58,077 nucleotides of DNA from a bacterium (GTDB lineage: Bacteria > SZUA-182 > DTGQ01 > JAFGSM01). Of this stretch, positions 29,481 to 39,251 are shown piece by piece. How positions within the stretch are numbered: position 1 is the first letter of the stretch; every line of letters starts with the position of its first letter. The translations under genes were made by a program, and so were the position numbers. The notes under the pieces are model-generated. The model did no database searches and was not told the DNA's origin. It worked only from the letters and a program-made list of their open reading frames with translations. The DNA is taken from contig JBLIRO010000029.1 in the NCBI GenBank assembly GCA_049472335.1, positions 1 through 58,077 on the forward strand, written 5' to 3'.

Positions 29481-29509
29481 GCAGGGCCGGAAAGTCGGCC
29501 CTGCCTTTA
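29481..29509 (+). terminator. intrinsic terminator after the PEP-CTERM gene
   Basis: GCAGGGCCG-gaaagt-CGGCCCTGC 9-bp GC stem followed by CTTTA. Confidence 0.7.
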
Positions 29510-29531
29510 TCTCGAGAATCTATATAACTAT

Positions 29532-30623
29532 ATGAAAAAAATACTCCATGTAGTGGAAAGTTTCGGGGGTGGTGTTTTTAATCAGCTCCGGACATATATT
29601 AATGCATTAGGGAATTGTTCTGTAGAGACATATATTGCTTATTCAAAAAGAGACGATACCCCTGATGATTTTAAAGAGTGTTTTCCGGAAAATACACATT
29701 TTTTACCTTTGGAGTTGACTCGTAATGTAAATTTAATCAAGGATGCACGAGGCTTGATTGCTGTTCGGAGAATCATAAATATTATTCAGCCGGATGTCAT
29801 GCATCTGCATTCATCAAAAGCGGGTTTCATAGGACGCGCAACCCTGTTATTTAATTCTAATATTGTATCAAAACCGGCGGTTTTCTACACTCCGCATGGC
29901 TTTTATTTTCTTAATGACGAGATCAGGCCAGTCAAAAAGCTTTTTTATCAATATTTGGAAAAACTGGCTGCTTGTTTTGGCGGAACCATAGTCGCATGTT
30001 CAAAAAGCGAAGGAGATGTGGCCCGTAAGCAATTAAGGACAAAAAATGTAGTTGTTATTGAAAACGCTATTGATTGGGAGATGTTCGACTGCAAGGAATA
30101 TGGAATGTATAAAGAAACCACCTTGAGGATAGGAACATCCGGACGGTTGTGCGCTCAGAAGAATCCACTAATGTTTGCTGAGCTAGCAAGCAGGATGCAA
30201 AAAAGAAATGTTCAATTTACATGGATCGGGGATGGTGATAAAGGCTTTAAAGAGCACCTTGAAGGTACAAACGTTTTCGTTACCGGATGGGTGAAACGTG
30301 ATGAGGTCCCTCGTTATCTTAACACTCTTGACATTTATGTTCAGACATCCCGCTGGGAGGGAATGCCTCTCTCCGTCATGGAGGCAATGGCCAGCGGTCT
30401 TCCCGCAATTGTTACCGGCGTCGTGGGAAACCGGGATGTTGTGAATCACGGTGAAAACGGATTTATTGCGGGCACCATTGATGAAATGATTCATTATATT
30501 GAAAAATACAGGGAAGACAGAGAGCTTATAAAAAGGCATGGTCAAAATGCCAGTTATATGGCAAGAAATCGTTTCACCATCAGTCGGCTCAAAGATGATC
30601 TTGAAAGGTTGTACGATCTTTAA
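29532..30623 (+). CDS. glycosyltransferase family 4
   Basis: HLHSSKAG, YTPHG, QKNP and SRWEGMPLSVMEAMA motifs. Confidence 0.92.
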   Translation: MKKILHVVESFGGGVFNQLRTYINALGNCSVETYIAYSKRDDTPDDFKECFPENTHFLPLELTRNVNLIKDARGLIAVRRIINIIQPDVMHLHSSKAGFIGRATLLFNSNIVSKPAVFYTPHGFYFLNDEIRPVKKLFYQYLEKLAACFGGTIVACSKSEGDVARKQLRTKNVVVIENAIDWEMFDCKEYGMYKETTLRIGTSGRLCAQKNPLMFAELASRMQKRNVQFTWIGDGDKGFKEHLEGTNVFVTGWVKRDEVPRYLNTLDIYVQTSRWEGMPLSVMEAMASGLPAIVTGVVGNRDVVNHGENGFIAGTIDEMIHYIEKYREDRELIKRHGQNASYMARNRFTISRLKDDLERLYDL

Positions 30624-30659
30624 ATAATTAATTTATAAACAGAAGGATATTTTATAAAT

Positions 30660-32051
30660 ATGTTGAAAAACGGACTGTTAAAAGAATACGCAAGCATAAT
30701 CAATATATTCATCCGGATAGTGGATCTATTGATGATTACATTGAGCGCCCTTATTGTTTACAGGCTGGAATTTTATTCCTGGAAGGTTGCTTACGAATAT
30801 CAAATCGCCGTAATAATTTGCCTGCTCCTTACAATTGCCATTTTCCCCTTGTTCAAGCTTTATCAATCATGGCGTGGACAGGAAGGATTTTCAATAAAGC
30901 GGACAATTACGGGGGCCTGGTTTGTTGTCGTGTTGACCATGTTTTCTATAGCTTATTTAACAAAGACAGAAGCCTTTATATCCAGGGAATGGTTTCTGAT
31001 CTGGACTGTTATCTCCTGGATATCTCTTATTTCAATCCGAAGTTTTGTTTTCAGGACTATGGCGTATATCCGTTCCAGGGGATTGAATCTGAGGCATATT
31101 ATTTTATTGGGGGCAGGGGACCTCGGCCGGCATGTTATTGAAAGTATGTCGAATAATCCCTGGACGGGTTTCAATATAAGGGTGCTGCTCGACGATGATC
31201 CTGAAAAACAGGGCAGGTATATAGCAGGGAAAAAGGTTGACGGTGTAATATCAGAAATCGGGGAATTCATAAAGGAACTGAATCCGGATGAAATCTGGAT
31301 AGCTTTACCGTTGAGCGCCGAAAAACGGCTTCATGAGATATTACGTATGCTGCAATATTTTCCGGTTAATATAAGGCTTATACCAGATATATACGACTTG
31401 CAGTTGATAAATCATTCAGTTACTGAGGTTTCAGGTATATCTTTCATAAATATATCCGAAAGCCCAATGAAGGGTATTAATTTTATTTTAAAATGGATTG
31501 AGGATAAGATCCTTTCATTGTTGATACTTGGTATTATAAGCCCCTTTATGCTCCTTATTGCCTTATTGGTTAAGCTGTCATCGCCCGGGCCCATACTCTA
31601 TAGACAGGAACGAGTGGGATGGAACGGAAAGACTTTTCAAATGTATAAATTTCGTACTATGCCGGTTGATACGGAAAAAAATGGTATTACATGGGGCGCA
31701 AAAAATAAACCCAACACGAGATTGGGGGCATTTTTACGCCGTACGAGCCTCGATGAGCTGCCGCAATTTTTCAACGTCTTGCTGGGAAAGATGTCCGTTG
31801 TAGGTCCTCGCCCTGAAAGGCCTATGTTTGTTGATAAATTCAAAAACGAAATAGACGGCTATATGCAAAAGCATCTGGTCAAGGCGGGGATCACAGGCTG
31901 GGCACAGGTAAACGGTTTCAGAGGTGATACCGATCTCAGAAAACGAATCGAATATGACCTGTATTATATTAAACGCTGGTCGCTTTGGTTTGATTTAAGG
32001 ATCATCTTTTTAACCATTTTAAATGGATTTATAAACAAGAATGCCTACTAG
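30660..32051 (+). CDS. wcaJ: undecaprenyl-phosphate glucose phosphotransferase (priming glycosyltransferase)
   Basis: Four N-terminal TMs, Rossmann-like domain, KFRTM, SLDELPQ, VGPRPE, GITGWAQVNG, DLYYI. Confidence 0.93.
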   Translation: MLKNGLLKEYASIINIFIRIVDLLMITLSALIVYRLEFYSWKVAYEYQIAVIICLLLTIAIFPLFKLYQSWRGQEGFSIKRTITGAWFVVVLTMFSIAYLTKTEAFISREWFLIWTVISWISLISIRSFVFRTMAYIRSRGLNLRHIILLGAGDLGRHVIESMSNNPWTGFNIRVLLDDDPEKQGRYIAGKKVDGVISEIGEFIKELNPDEIWIALPLSAEKRLHEILRMLQYFPVNIRLIPDIYDLQLINHSVTEVSGISFINISESPMKGINFILKWIEDKILSLLILGIISPFMLLIALLVKLSSPGPILYRQERVGWNGKTFQMYKFRTMPVDTEKNGITWGAKNKPNTRLGAFLRRTSLDELPQFFNVLLGKMSVVGPRPERPMFVDKFKNEIDGYMQKHLVKAGITGWAQVNGFRGDTDLRKRIEYDLYYIKRWSLWFDLRIIFLTILNGFINKNAY

Positions 32052-32057
32052 ATAAGA

Positions 32058-32095
32058 AAGTGCCTAAAGTGCCAAAGGTGTCAAGTGCTTAAAGT
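32058..32095. repeat. short degenerate tandem repeat (AAGTGCC/TTAAAGT units)
   Basis: aagtgcctaaagtgccaaaggtgtcaagtgcttaaagt between convergent genes. Confidence 0.4.
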
Positions 32096-32133
32096 TGTAA
32101 AGAAAATGCTTAGAGTTCCAGATTCCGTGATCT

Positions 32134-34524
32134 TTATTCCTCTTTTATAACCCTGAATCCCATAGGAGTAACCATTTTACCATCAGCGAAGGTGTAGGGT
32201 TTGTCTCCGAAATTCACGATCACCTTTATGCCGTTTGAAAAGGCGGTTTGCTGCACGCTTCGGTCAGGCAAAAGGAAACGATGATCGATCATCTCCGAAT
32301 ATCCGGTGGCTCTTGCCACAGGGCATACGTCCTGATAACTTTTCACAAAACGGGCCTTGTTGTTTTCCCATATCTCACTGGTAAACATGAACATCGGTGG
32401 TGTGCCGTAGAGGATGTTGAAAAGGTCCCGTTTATCCCATAGAGCGGGCAATTTGTTGTTGTAATCACCCCAATACCAGTGAGAGACGATGCAGTCGTGG
32501 TAAACAAGCTCCCACAGCGGTAATCTGTATTTATGACCCAACTGGAACTTTTCCAGCTTTTCGGGAACTTCTTCGACAATTTGCTGCATATTCCTCCCGG
32601 CCCCGGGCAGCCGGTAAGGCCAGAGGCTTAGCATACCTTCGAAGTAATGAACATATGGAACAGCGGCTTCATGTCCGGTCTCGCTCCCTGTTACCAAGCC
32701 CTTATCCTCGGACATATATCGAATCAGTTCCATCTTCCAGTGGCGGCTCTCGCTTCGGGTCATCGGGTGAGCAGGGTTATAACATTCACGCCATGGTGAA
32801 GCCGTTGTCGTATCTATGAAACGACTTCGATAAGGGTGTGTCTTCAGATCGCCGGTGACACGTTTGCGGGCATACTTTAAGGCCTGCTTATCACATAATA
32901 CACCGCAGGAATAATAACATGTGCCATCTTTAACCTTGACATACCAACCCTTTCTCCTTTCTTGTTTTTCGTCGAGCATAAGGTCTTCAGGCCAACCCTC
33001 CTGGGTCCAGTCCGGATGCTGATCGACCAGTTTTTTCTTGATGATCTCCGGATCCATAAGGTCCTGGTAAATGTCATAGCAACTGGTCAATATGCCGCCC
33101 ATTTTGTTCATGGCTTCTATTTCTTCTGCAGTGCCACCATTACTCCATAAAATCCGCTCGATCCCAAGGGACTTCATTTCCTGAATAATCGGAAGAGGAT
33201 TTTTGCCCCAAAACCAGACATCCACAGCTCCCATAAGCAGATCCACATTTGTATTTTCCTTACGTTTTTGGTCCAATGTCTTAAAAAGCCCCTTTTCCTG
33301 TGCAAATTTTCTGTATCTTTTTGCTATAGCTACGTGGCCTCCCTGATGGAAAAAAACATAATGGATTTGGCGATCATATCCAAAATGCCCCTTTTGAGGC
33401 AACCATCCTGGCCTGACACATAATTTACTATTGATCCTGTCGATCCGGATAGTTGCATCATCGGGTGTTTCCATGACAGCCATATGCCCCTGCTCGCCAT
33501 TCGTTACTCCCCAGAAGGGCATGCAAATGCCATGACCGCCGAACGTAATAAGATCCATTGTCTCTATTGTTTCATCCTCAACCGGATAGGAAATGCCTTC
33601 ATTGATAGGTACAACAAGGTAGGTGCCCGGGTCGCTTACGAACGGATACGGGAACAGTAATGCCTTTTTCATCTCCATCTTATCTTCTGCCATAATCGAG
33701 AGGGTAAACTCCGGCTCATTTCCAGGTAATTTTATAAACGTTCTGAATCCCCGGACAGATAATACATCGAACCATTTAAATTCAATGCCATCTTGTATTT
33801 TGGCATTTAATAATATGGCCTCATCAAGGGGTTGCTGGCGCCGGGACTGCCCTGTGCGTTTATCCTGGACCGACAGGGATACCTCGGTTGTGTCAAGTGT
33901 GACCGAAATCATATCATTAGATATGGTAAGTTGTTGCGGGATGTCGTTGGGTTCTGATTGCAGGATGTTGGTTACCTTGGTTAATGAAAAATCATCCGCC
34001 CAGATAGTGGCAGGTTTCATTCCTATTATCCGGGGGCGAATCCAGGTAACATTGCGCGGGATGGCAAATTTGGAGCTTATAAGATACCAATCGCCGGATT
34101 CCTCAAATTCATCATCTCCGAAATCCCAATTCAGAATATTTACATTATTGTCATAAGTGATAACGCAGATTTTTACAGAGCCCTCTCCCTCTATCTTCAC
34201 CCAGGCCTTCAACGTAAAGACATCGCCGGGCTTAACCCCGATCATTTCCCCGTAATTGAGACACCAGTCCTTTGTCCCCCGGTTTTCGATACGGACAGAA
34301 TAGCTTCCGCCATGATACACCTCTTTGTCAACGGTTAGTTTTCCTGAATCAGGCTCATTCGTCCAGAGCCTTTCCCATCCCAGGGGCCGTTCATCCTCTA
34401 TTTGTTCAAATTCACCATTGGATATGATGTTTACATCATTCGCATGAGAGAACGAACCAATGATCAAAAGGGAAAATATCAATGGGAAGATGCTAATTTT
34501 TTTAATAAAACTTTCTTTCGACAT
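32134..34524 (-). CDS. secreted glycoside hydrolase (GH129/GH101-like) with N-terminal CBM4/9-like domain
   Basis: Signal peptide, ISNGEFE...W carbohydrate-binding start, YDIYQD, FIDTTTA, GSETG, PLWELVYHD, VIVNFG. Confidence 0.6.
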   Translation of the reverse strand: MSKESFIKKISIFPLIFSLLIIGSFSHANDVNIISNGEFEQIEDERPLGWERLWTNEPDSGKLTVDKEVYHGGSYSVRIENRGTKDWCLNYGEMIGVKPGDVFTLKAWVKIEGEGSVKICVITYDNNVNILNWDFGDDEFEESGDWYLISSKFAIPRNVTWIRPRIIGMKPATIWADDFSLTKVTNILQSEPNDIPQQLTISNDMISVTLDTTEVSLSVQDKRTGQSRRQQPLDEAILLNAKIQDGIEFKWFDVLSVRGFRTFIKLPGNEPEFTLSIMAEDKMEMKKALLFPYPFVSDPGTYLVVPINEGISYPVEDETIETMDLITFGGHGICMPFWGVTNGEQGHMAVMETPDDATIRIDRINSKLCVRPGWLPQKGHFGYDRQIHYVFFHQGGHVAIAKRYRKFAQEKGLFKTLDQKRKENTNVDLLMGAVDVWFWGKNPLPIIQEMKSLGIERILWSNGGTAEEIEAMNKMGGILTSCYDIYQDLMDPEIIKKKLVDQHPDWTQEGWPEDLMLDEKQERRKGWYVKVKDGTCYYSCGVLCDKQALKYARKRVTGDLKTHPYRSRFIDTTTASPWRECYNPAHPMTRSESRHWKMELIRYMSEDKGLVTGSETGHEAAVPYVHYFEGMLSLWPYRLPGAGRNMQQIVEEVPEKLEKFQLGHKYRLPLWELVYHDCIVSHWYWGDYNNKLPALWDKRDLFNILYGTPPMFMFTSEIWENNKARFVKSYQDVCPVARATGYSEMIDHRFLLPDRSVQQTAFSNGIKVIVNFGDKPYTFADGKMVTPMGFRVIKEE

Positions 34525-34573
34525 TTTTTGATGAAAAATCCTTAAGCCATTTAGGATAATTATGATTGAAGAG

Positions 34574-35491
34574 TTAAACCCCTTCTTTGCAGCTCATAAG
34601 ATCTGTTTGTGTAATAGGCGTTTTGGGCCAACATTTTACCGCCCATGCCTCGATAATACTGAGCACCCGCTCCTGGGCCTGAAGTGTATCGAAGGTATGA
34701 TTGGTATCAGTAATAGTGAAAAAGCTTATCAACTCATGGGATCTCAAATTCTTGCTATCACCGTCAGTGATGAGCTTGAAGTACTCTTGACTGGCATCCC
34801 ATTCAGAGCTTATCCAGAGCAGCCGGAATTTTTTTTCTATCAGAGAATTGAGGCTTTGGGAAATCTCCAAACCCACGTTTGCCACATCTTTGTGCCGCTT
34901 AAACAGGTTTTTAAACTGATTTCGGGCAGCCTTGATCGCACGTAAATACGGGGCCTTGCCTGTAAAGGTCCTCCAGAAACCCCTCGGAGTGAAAAACTTC
35001 GTTAACAATTCCCTGATCTGCCATCGGTTTTCCACGTACATAATCCAGGCAAGGCTACCAGCGAGTCCTCTTGGGTTAAGAAACACTGCTCCCACAACAC
35101 GGGAGTCACAAGAAGCTATGCTAAAGGATGTCCTCGCACCGCTGCATAATCCCATCAGGCAGAAACGATCTATATTATAGGCCTTGGCAAGCCAATCCAT
35201 GACTTCCTGTACTTCGCTATTGTAGCTTTCCGCGTAATTCATCGTATCGGTCCGGGGCAGGCTGTCGCCGATTCCGGAATGATCAAAGCGAATCGAAAGA
35301 AATCCTTGCTTAGCCAGACGCCGGGCAAGTTTAACGTAAAGGCGATTGGGCCCTACTCTGTGAATAAAACCCGCGTTAAGCAGGATGATAGCTGGTTTTC
35401 TGTATTTACTTGTGTCTGTTGGCGCCTCGGTTATGATCCCAACAAGGGATTTCGACTTGCCGAGAAGCACGGCTCGTTCATTCACGGGCAC
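34574..35491 (-). CDS. alpha/beta hydrolase, exosortase-system hydrolase-1-like (Cys at nucleophile elbow)
   Basis: LNAGFIHRVGPNR, RFDHSGIGDS, GLCSG and NHTF motifs. Confidence 0.75.
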   Translation of the reverse strand: MPVNERAVLLGKSKSLVGIITEAPTDTSKYRKPAIILLNAGFIHRVGPNRLYVKLARRLAKQGFLSIRFDHSGIGDSLPRTDTMNYAESYNSEVQEVMDWLAKAYNIDRFCLMGLCSGARTSFSIASCDSRVVGAVFLNPRGLAGSLAWIMYVENRWQIRELLTKFFTPRGFWRTFTGKAPYLRAIKAARNQFKNLFKRHKDVANVGLEISQSLNSLIEKKFRLLWISSEWDASQEYFKLITDGDSKNLRSHELISFFTITDTNHTFDTLQAQERVLSIIEAWAVKCWPKTPITQTDLMSCKEGV

Positions 35492-36261
35492 ACCTCGGAA
35501 ATCCAGGAAACTACTGACTGAAGTGTCTTCTGAGGCACTATTGCTTCATAGGGCTCCTTCAGCCAGATGCTGGCCTCAGGGATATGCCGGTAATGGAAAC
35601 TCTCACCCTTTTCACTAAGAAATTCAGGAAGATTGGCGCTGTCCGTTTCTTCACCGGTCTTCACAACCAACACCTTATTCACGGATAGGGAATTTAAATT
35701 CAACAGGTCGAGTCGTTCCAGGTCTTTTATCATCTCAAGGGTTAGGGGATAGCCGATAACATCGAATTTATTATTGCCGTATCTGTACGGGGGAGGGTTT
35801 TCTCTCGGAAAAGTGCTCTGCAAACATAACATCTCTTCAACGAGGGCTTTCCCTTTGACAACGGGGTCCCACAAAACCAGGGCATCGATGTCATCCCGGT
35901 CCGCCGCTGCCATCATGGCAAGGCTTGCGCCCAAACGGAGCCCCAACAGACATACGCGGTCGATATGGCACTCTTTCTTTATCACATCCACTGCCGATGA
36001 GGTATCGTTGCACCAACCATTAATCCGGCCATCTTCATATTTCCCTCCCGAATCACCACAGCCGTAATAGTCGAAGGTTAGAACATGATATCCTGCTCTT
36101 ACCAGACGTCTGGCCATCTCTCTAAAAGCCCGGTGACAGCGTATATACTCGTATGCATGGGGATAACACAATACCACACCGTGGTTGCGGGGTCGGCCTG
36201 CCATACGGCAAATGCCCAATAATGGCCTTTCCTCAGTGCCGAAGAAAAATGGTCTCAACAC
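35482..36261 (-). CDS. alpha/beta hydrolase, exosortase-system hydrolase-2-like (no nucleophile)
   Basis: FDYYGCGDSGG, GLRLGA and LWDPVVKG motifs; GTG start. Confidence 0.75.
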   Translation of the reverse strand: MLRPFFFGTEERPLLGICRMAGRPRNHGVVLCYPHAYEYIRCHRAFREMARRLVRAGYHVLTFDYYGCGDSGGKYEDGRINGWCNDTSSAVDVIKKECHIDRVCLLGLRLGASLAMMAAADRDDIDALVLWDPVVKGKALVEEMLCLQSTFPRENPPPYRYGNNKFDVIGYPLTLEMIKDLERLDLLNLNSLSVNKVLVVKTGEETDSANLPEFLSEKGESFHYRHIPEASIWLKEPYEAIVPQKTLQSVVSWISEVCP

Positions 36262-36447
36262 CTGCTCAATCCCTGGTTTTTATTTTGATTAGGATATACA
36301 TCCTGTAAAAAAAGTATAGTTGAATATTGTAATTTTGTCAAAACAACTGATTGTAATTATTTGGCAAATGGTCAATAAAGGGATGATTTTATCCATTATG
36401 ATATATTTGTCTTCAAAAATTTATATCATACTTGAATGCTGACGCTA

Positions 36448-37800
36448 TTATTTGTCTCCATCGTTCTGGTCACTTAAAGGATACCATACGTATGGTAATG
36501 ATTTTAGTCGTTTCAAGTTTTCATTTTCCAGCAACTCTTCCTTTTTTATTCTTTTGAACAAAGACTTTATATATGAATTAGTATATCGGGTCGCTTGGTA
36601 GACCTCGTAAGTATTAATTCCACAGGAATTGATTATGACTTCCCAAACAATTTCTTTTGATCTATTTATCTCAAATAAACGACTCAATCTTATTTCTCTA
36701 TTTAAAAGTTTTTTACTGACTTTCTTATAAAATCTATTCAGTATATCTGATGGTTGATATTCTCCTTGACAGATAAAAAAATTTCCATTTGGGAGTAGCT
36801 GAACCCCGCTAATATATCTGCTATAAAATTTTGGATTCTTTGAGTATCTATCACTATATTCCCAGACAATTTCTTCTGACAAAGGATTAAGTTCAATGAT
36901 TCTTGAATATCCCCTTCTTATTCCATTATCAAAGAGTATTATATTACCATTTTCCATCATTCTTGGATTATGTTGCCCATCAAGTTTTCCAGGTCCCCAA
37001 GCCCATACTATTTTGCCAGAATCCCTGTTAATCACTCCAATGATACTTAAGGTGCAATAACTAAATAAAATATTTCCTGGCCTGAACCGAGGATCTTTCA
37101 AGGCCGTTGCATTTTCTTCAATCACCTGGCATGTATTACTATGGGCCCAATCAAATACTCCGTCGATTAAAAGTTGCTTTTGTAAATTTAATGGAAATTG
37201 AATACCTGTAAATTCCGACAGTTCATTCAGATGGTCTTCGCCCCTCCATTCCCAAATAATTTTTTTCCCCGAATCTATCTCAACTATTCTTGGACACCTT
37301 ACTTTACCTTTACTGATAGCAGGGACCTCCTTATCCTCAATATAATGTAATAAAATATTGCCGTTGGGCAGAATATAGAAATCATGATCTGCCCAGCATT
37401 TATAATACCAGATTATATTCCCGAATGGATCTATCTCACGAAGTCCAGCTCTTATTTTATAAGAGCGGTCTCTGGTGGTATATAGTAAATTGCCATCAGG
37501 TTTTAGTTTTGCTAATTGGACAGATCCCAGTACATGCCATGTATGAACGATCTCGCCTTCAATATTCATTAAATAAATCTTGTTGGATTTATTTAATTCC
37601 AAACCAATATCATCTACTGTGTGTGTAAATAAGGTATATCCTCCAAAATTTTTGTGTTTATTGTTACTATTCATATTAATTATTGGATAATTATATGCTT
37701 TATAAATGCTATACGATAATATTATAATAATACATGCTAAAAAAAGGGCAAAAAATTTAAATTTCCTTTTTATCGAAAATCGAGTAAAAAAAATATTCAT
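36448..37800 (-). CDS. arylsulfotransferase (ASST) family beta-propeller, membrane-anchored
   Basis: N-terminal TM, GYTLF, DHDF, DWAHSN, GQHNP, LFDNG, SGVQLLPNGN. Confidence 0.8.
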   Translation of the reverse strand: MNIFFTRFSIKRKFKFFALFLACIIIILSYSIYKAYNYPIINMNSNNKHKNFGGYTLFTHTVDDIGLELNKSNKIYLMNIEGEIVHTWHVLGSVQLAKLKPDGNLLYTTRDRSYKIRAGLREIDPFGNIIWYYKCWADHDFYILPNGNILLHYIEDKEVPAISKGKVRCPRIVEIDSGKKIIWEWRGEDHLNELSEFTGIQFPLNLQKQLLIDGVFDWAHSNTCQVIEENATALKDPRFRPGNILFSYCTLSIIGVINRDSGKIVWAWGPGKLDGQHNPRMMENGNIILFDNGIRRGYSRIIELNPLSEEIVWEYSDRYSKNPKFYSRYISGVQLLPNGNFFICQGEYQPSDILNRFYKKVSKKLLNREIRLSRLFEINRSKEIVWEVIINSCGINTYEVYQATRYTNSYIKSLFKRIKKEELLENENLKRLKSLPYVWYPLSDQNDGDK

Positions 37801-39251
37801 ATCAAATCTCTAAGAAATATATCGTTTTGATTTGCAATAATATACAATGAGGTGGAAGCTGCAATTATTATCCAGAAAATATCAACAGAAGCAGCGCTTA
37901 CAAAAAAACTGGCTATTAAAAATGCAACAAAGGATATTTCAAGCAAATTTGATACCTTATATAAAAATTCGTCACCTTTTTCTATTGTTAATCTTTTTAT
38001 CCTTCCCAGAGCCAAGAAATTTAGCAGTATGCCGGCAATAAAAAAAATAAATCCTATCAACCCGGTCTCTGTTAATATCTGAATATAAGTATTATGAGCA
38101 TATCGCGTTGTTCGTTCAGCCTCAGAGGGCGCGTATTTAGGGTATATATATGGGTAATTACCGATGCCGACCCCGAAAAAAGGATAATCGAAGAACATCT
38201 GGATACCGGCTTTAATACAATCTATTCTGCTGGATATATTGCGGATATCCATAGAATCAGTTTTTTTCATATTAAAGGGATACAAAACAAAGTTGTAGAC
38301 CCTTTTTAAAGATCGCCTTGAAAGGATCGGTAAAGAGATAACTATAACCATAAGGGTTACAATCAATATTTTTTTAGGAATGAGTGATCTTTTGATCATT
38401 AATATGGTTATTATAAATAGAGCAAGTATTGCGGCTCTGGATAATGAAAAGATTATTCCGAGAAAAATTAAAACTTCGCTGATGTAACAAAAAATGATTA
38501 TAAGTTTCTTTTTATCATCCATAAATATAAAGGCTAAGGGAAATAAGGTTACAAGTATCAGAGCGAAATAGTTTGCATCCTTGGTATATCCAAGTGCTCC
38601 GTAAAGTCGATTGGGATCCCTTTTTCTTATCATCATCTCATACATCTCCGGAGTTGTAGATGTTATACCTAATTTATCCGTTATAGGCAAACGATATTTT
38701 TTATAGGTGTAATTATCAATAATACTGAAGACAGTAATAATTGCCCCTCCCAATAATAGTAGATAAATAAATTTTCGAATCCATTGACTTGAGGTTATAA
38801 TATTTGTAATAAGAAAATATAACAGAAATACCCTGATATAAAGCCTGAGCGTTTCTATACTAATGTTTAAATTAACTGAAAAAAAAGTGGAAAATATTAT
38901 TACCATTGCAAAGAGCAAAATCCAGACTCCTTGAAATGAAAAATTGAACCTTCTGTTTTTTAGTATAAAAAACTCTACAAAAAACAAACCTATTATGATT
39001 GCACCCATGAGACGATTAAAGTTCAGGAACGAAACTTCAAAAAGATTAGCCGATCCGATCATTATATTCAGGATTATAAACATAAGTATCCACTCAGCCT
39101 TCATCTTTAAAAATAAGAAAAAGATTATCAAGACCGCTGATAATGGAATGAACAATAAAGAGATGTTTGATACGTATTTTTGTGAAAATACATGTATAAT
39201 AACAACTGCCAGGGCTATCCCCGCTAAAATTATTCCTGTTTTTTTAAGCAT
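37797..39251 (-). CDS. O-antigen ligase/Wzy polymerase family protein
   Basis: About 12 TMs, DANYFA, SLSRAA, PFFGVGIGNY and AHNTYIQILTETG motifs. Confidence 0.85.
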   Translation of the reverse strand: MLKKTGIILAGIALAVVIIHVFSQKYVSNISLLFIPLSAVLIIFFLFLKMKAEWILMFIILNIMIGSANLFEVSFLNFNRLMGAIIIGLFFVEFFILKNRRFNFSFQGVWILLFAMVIIFSTFFSVNLNISIETLRLYIRVFLLYFLITNIITSSQWIRKFIYLLLLGGAIITVFSIIDNYTYKKYRLPITDKLGITSTTPEMYEMMIRKRDPNRLYGALGYTKDANYFALILVTLFPLAFIFMDDKKKLIIIFCYISEVLIFLGIIFSLSRAAILALFIITILMIKRSLIPKKILIVTLMVIVISLPILSRRSLKRVYNFVLYPFNMKKTDSMDIRNISSRIDCIKAGIQMFFDYPFFGVGIGNYPYIYPKYAPSEAERTTRYAHNTYIQILTETGLIGFIFFIAGILLNFLALGRIKRLTIEKGDEFLYKVSNLLEISFVAFLIASFFVSAASVDIFWIIIAASTSLYIIANQNDIFLRDLI

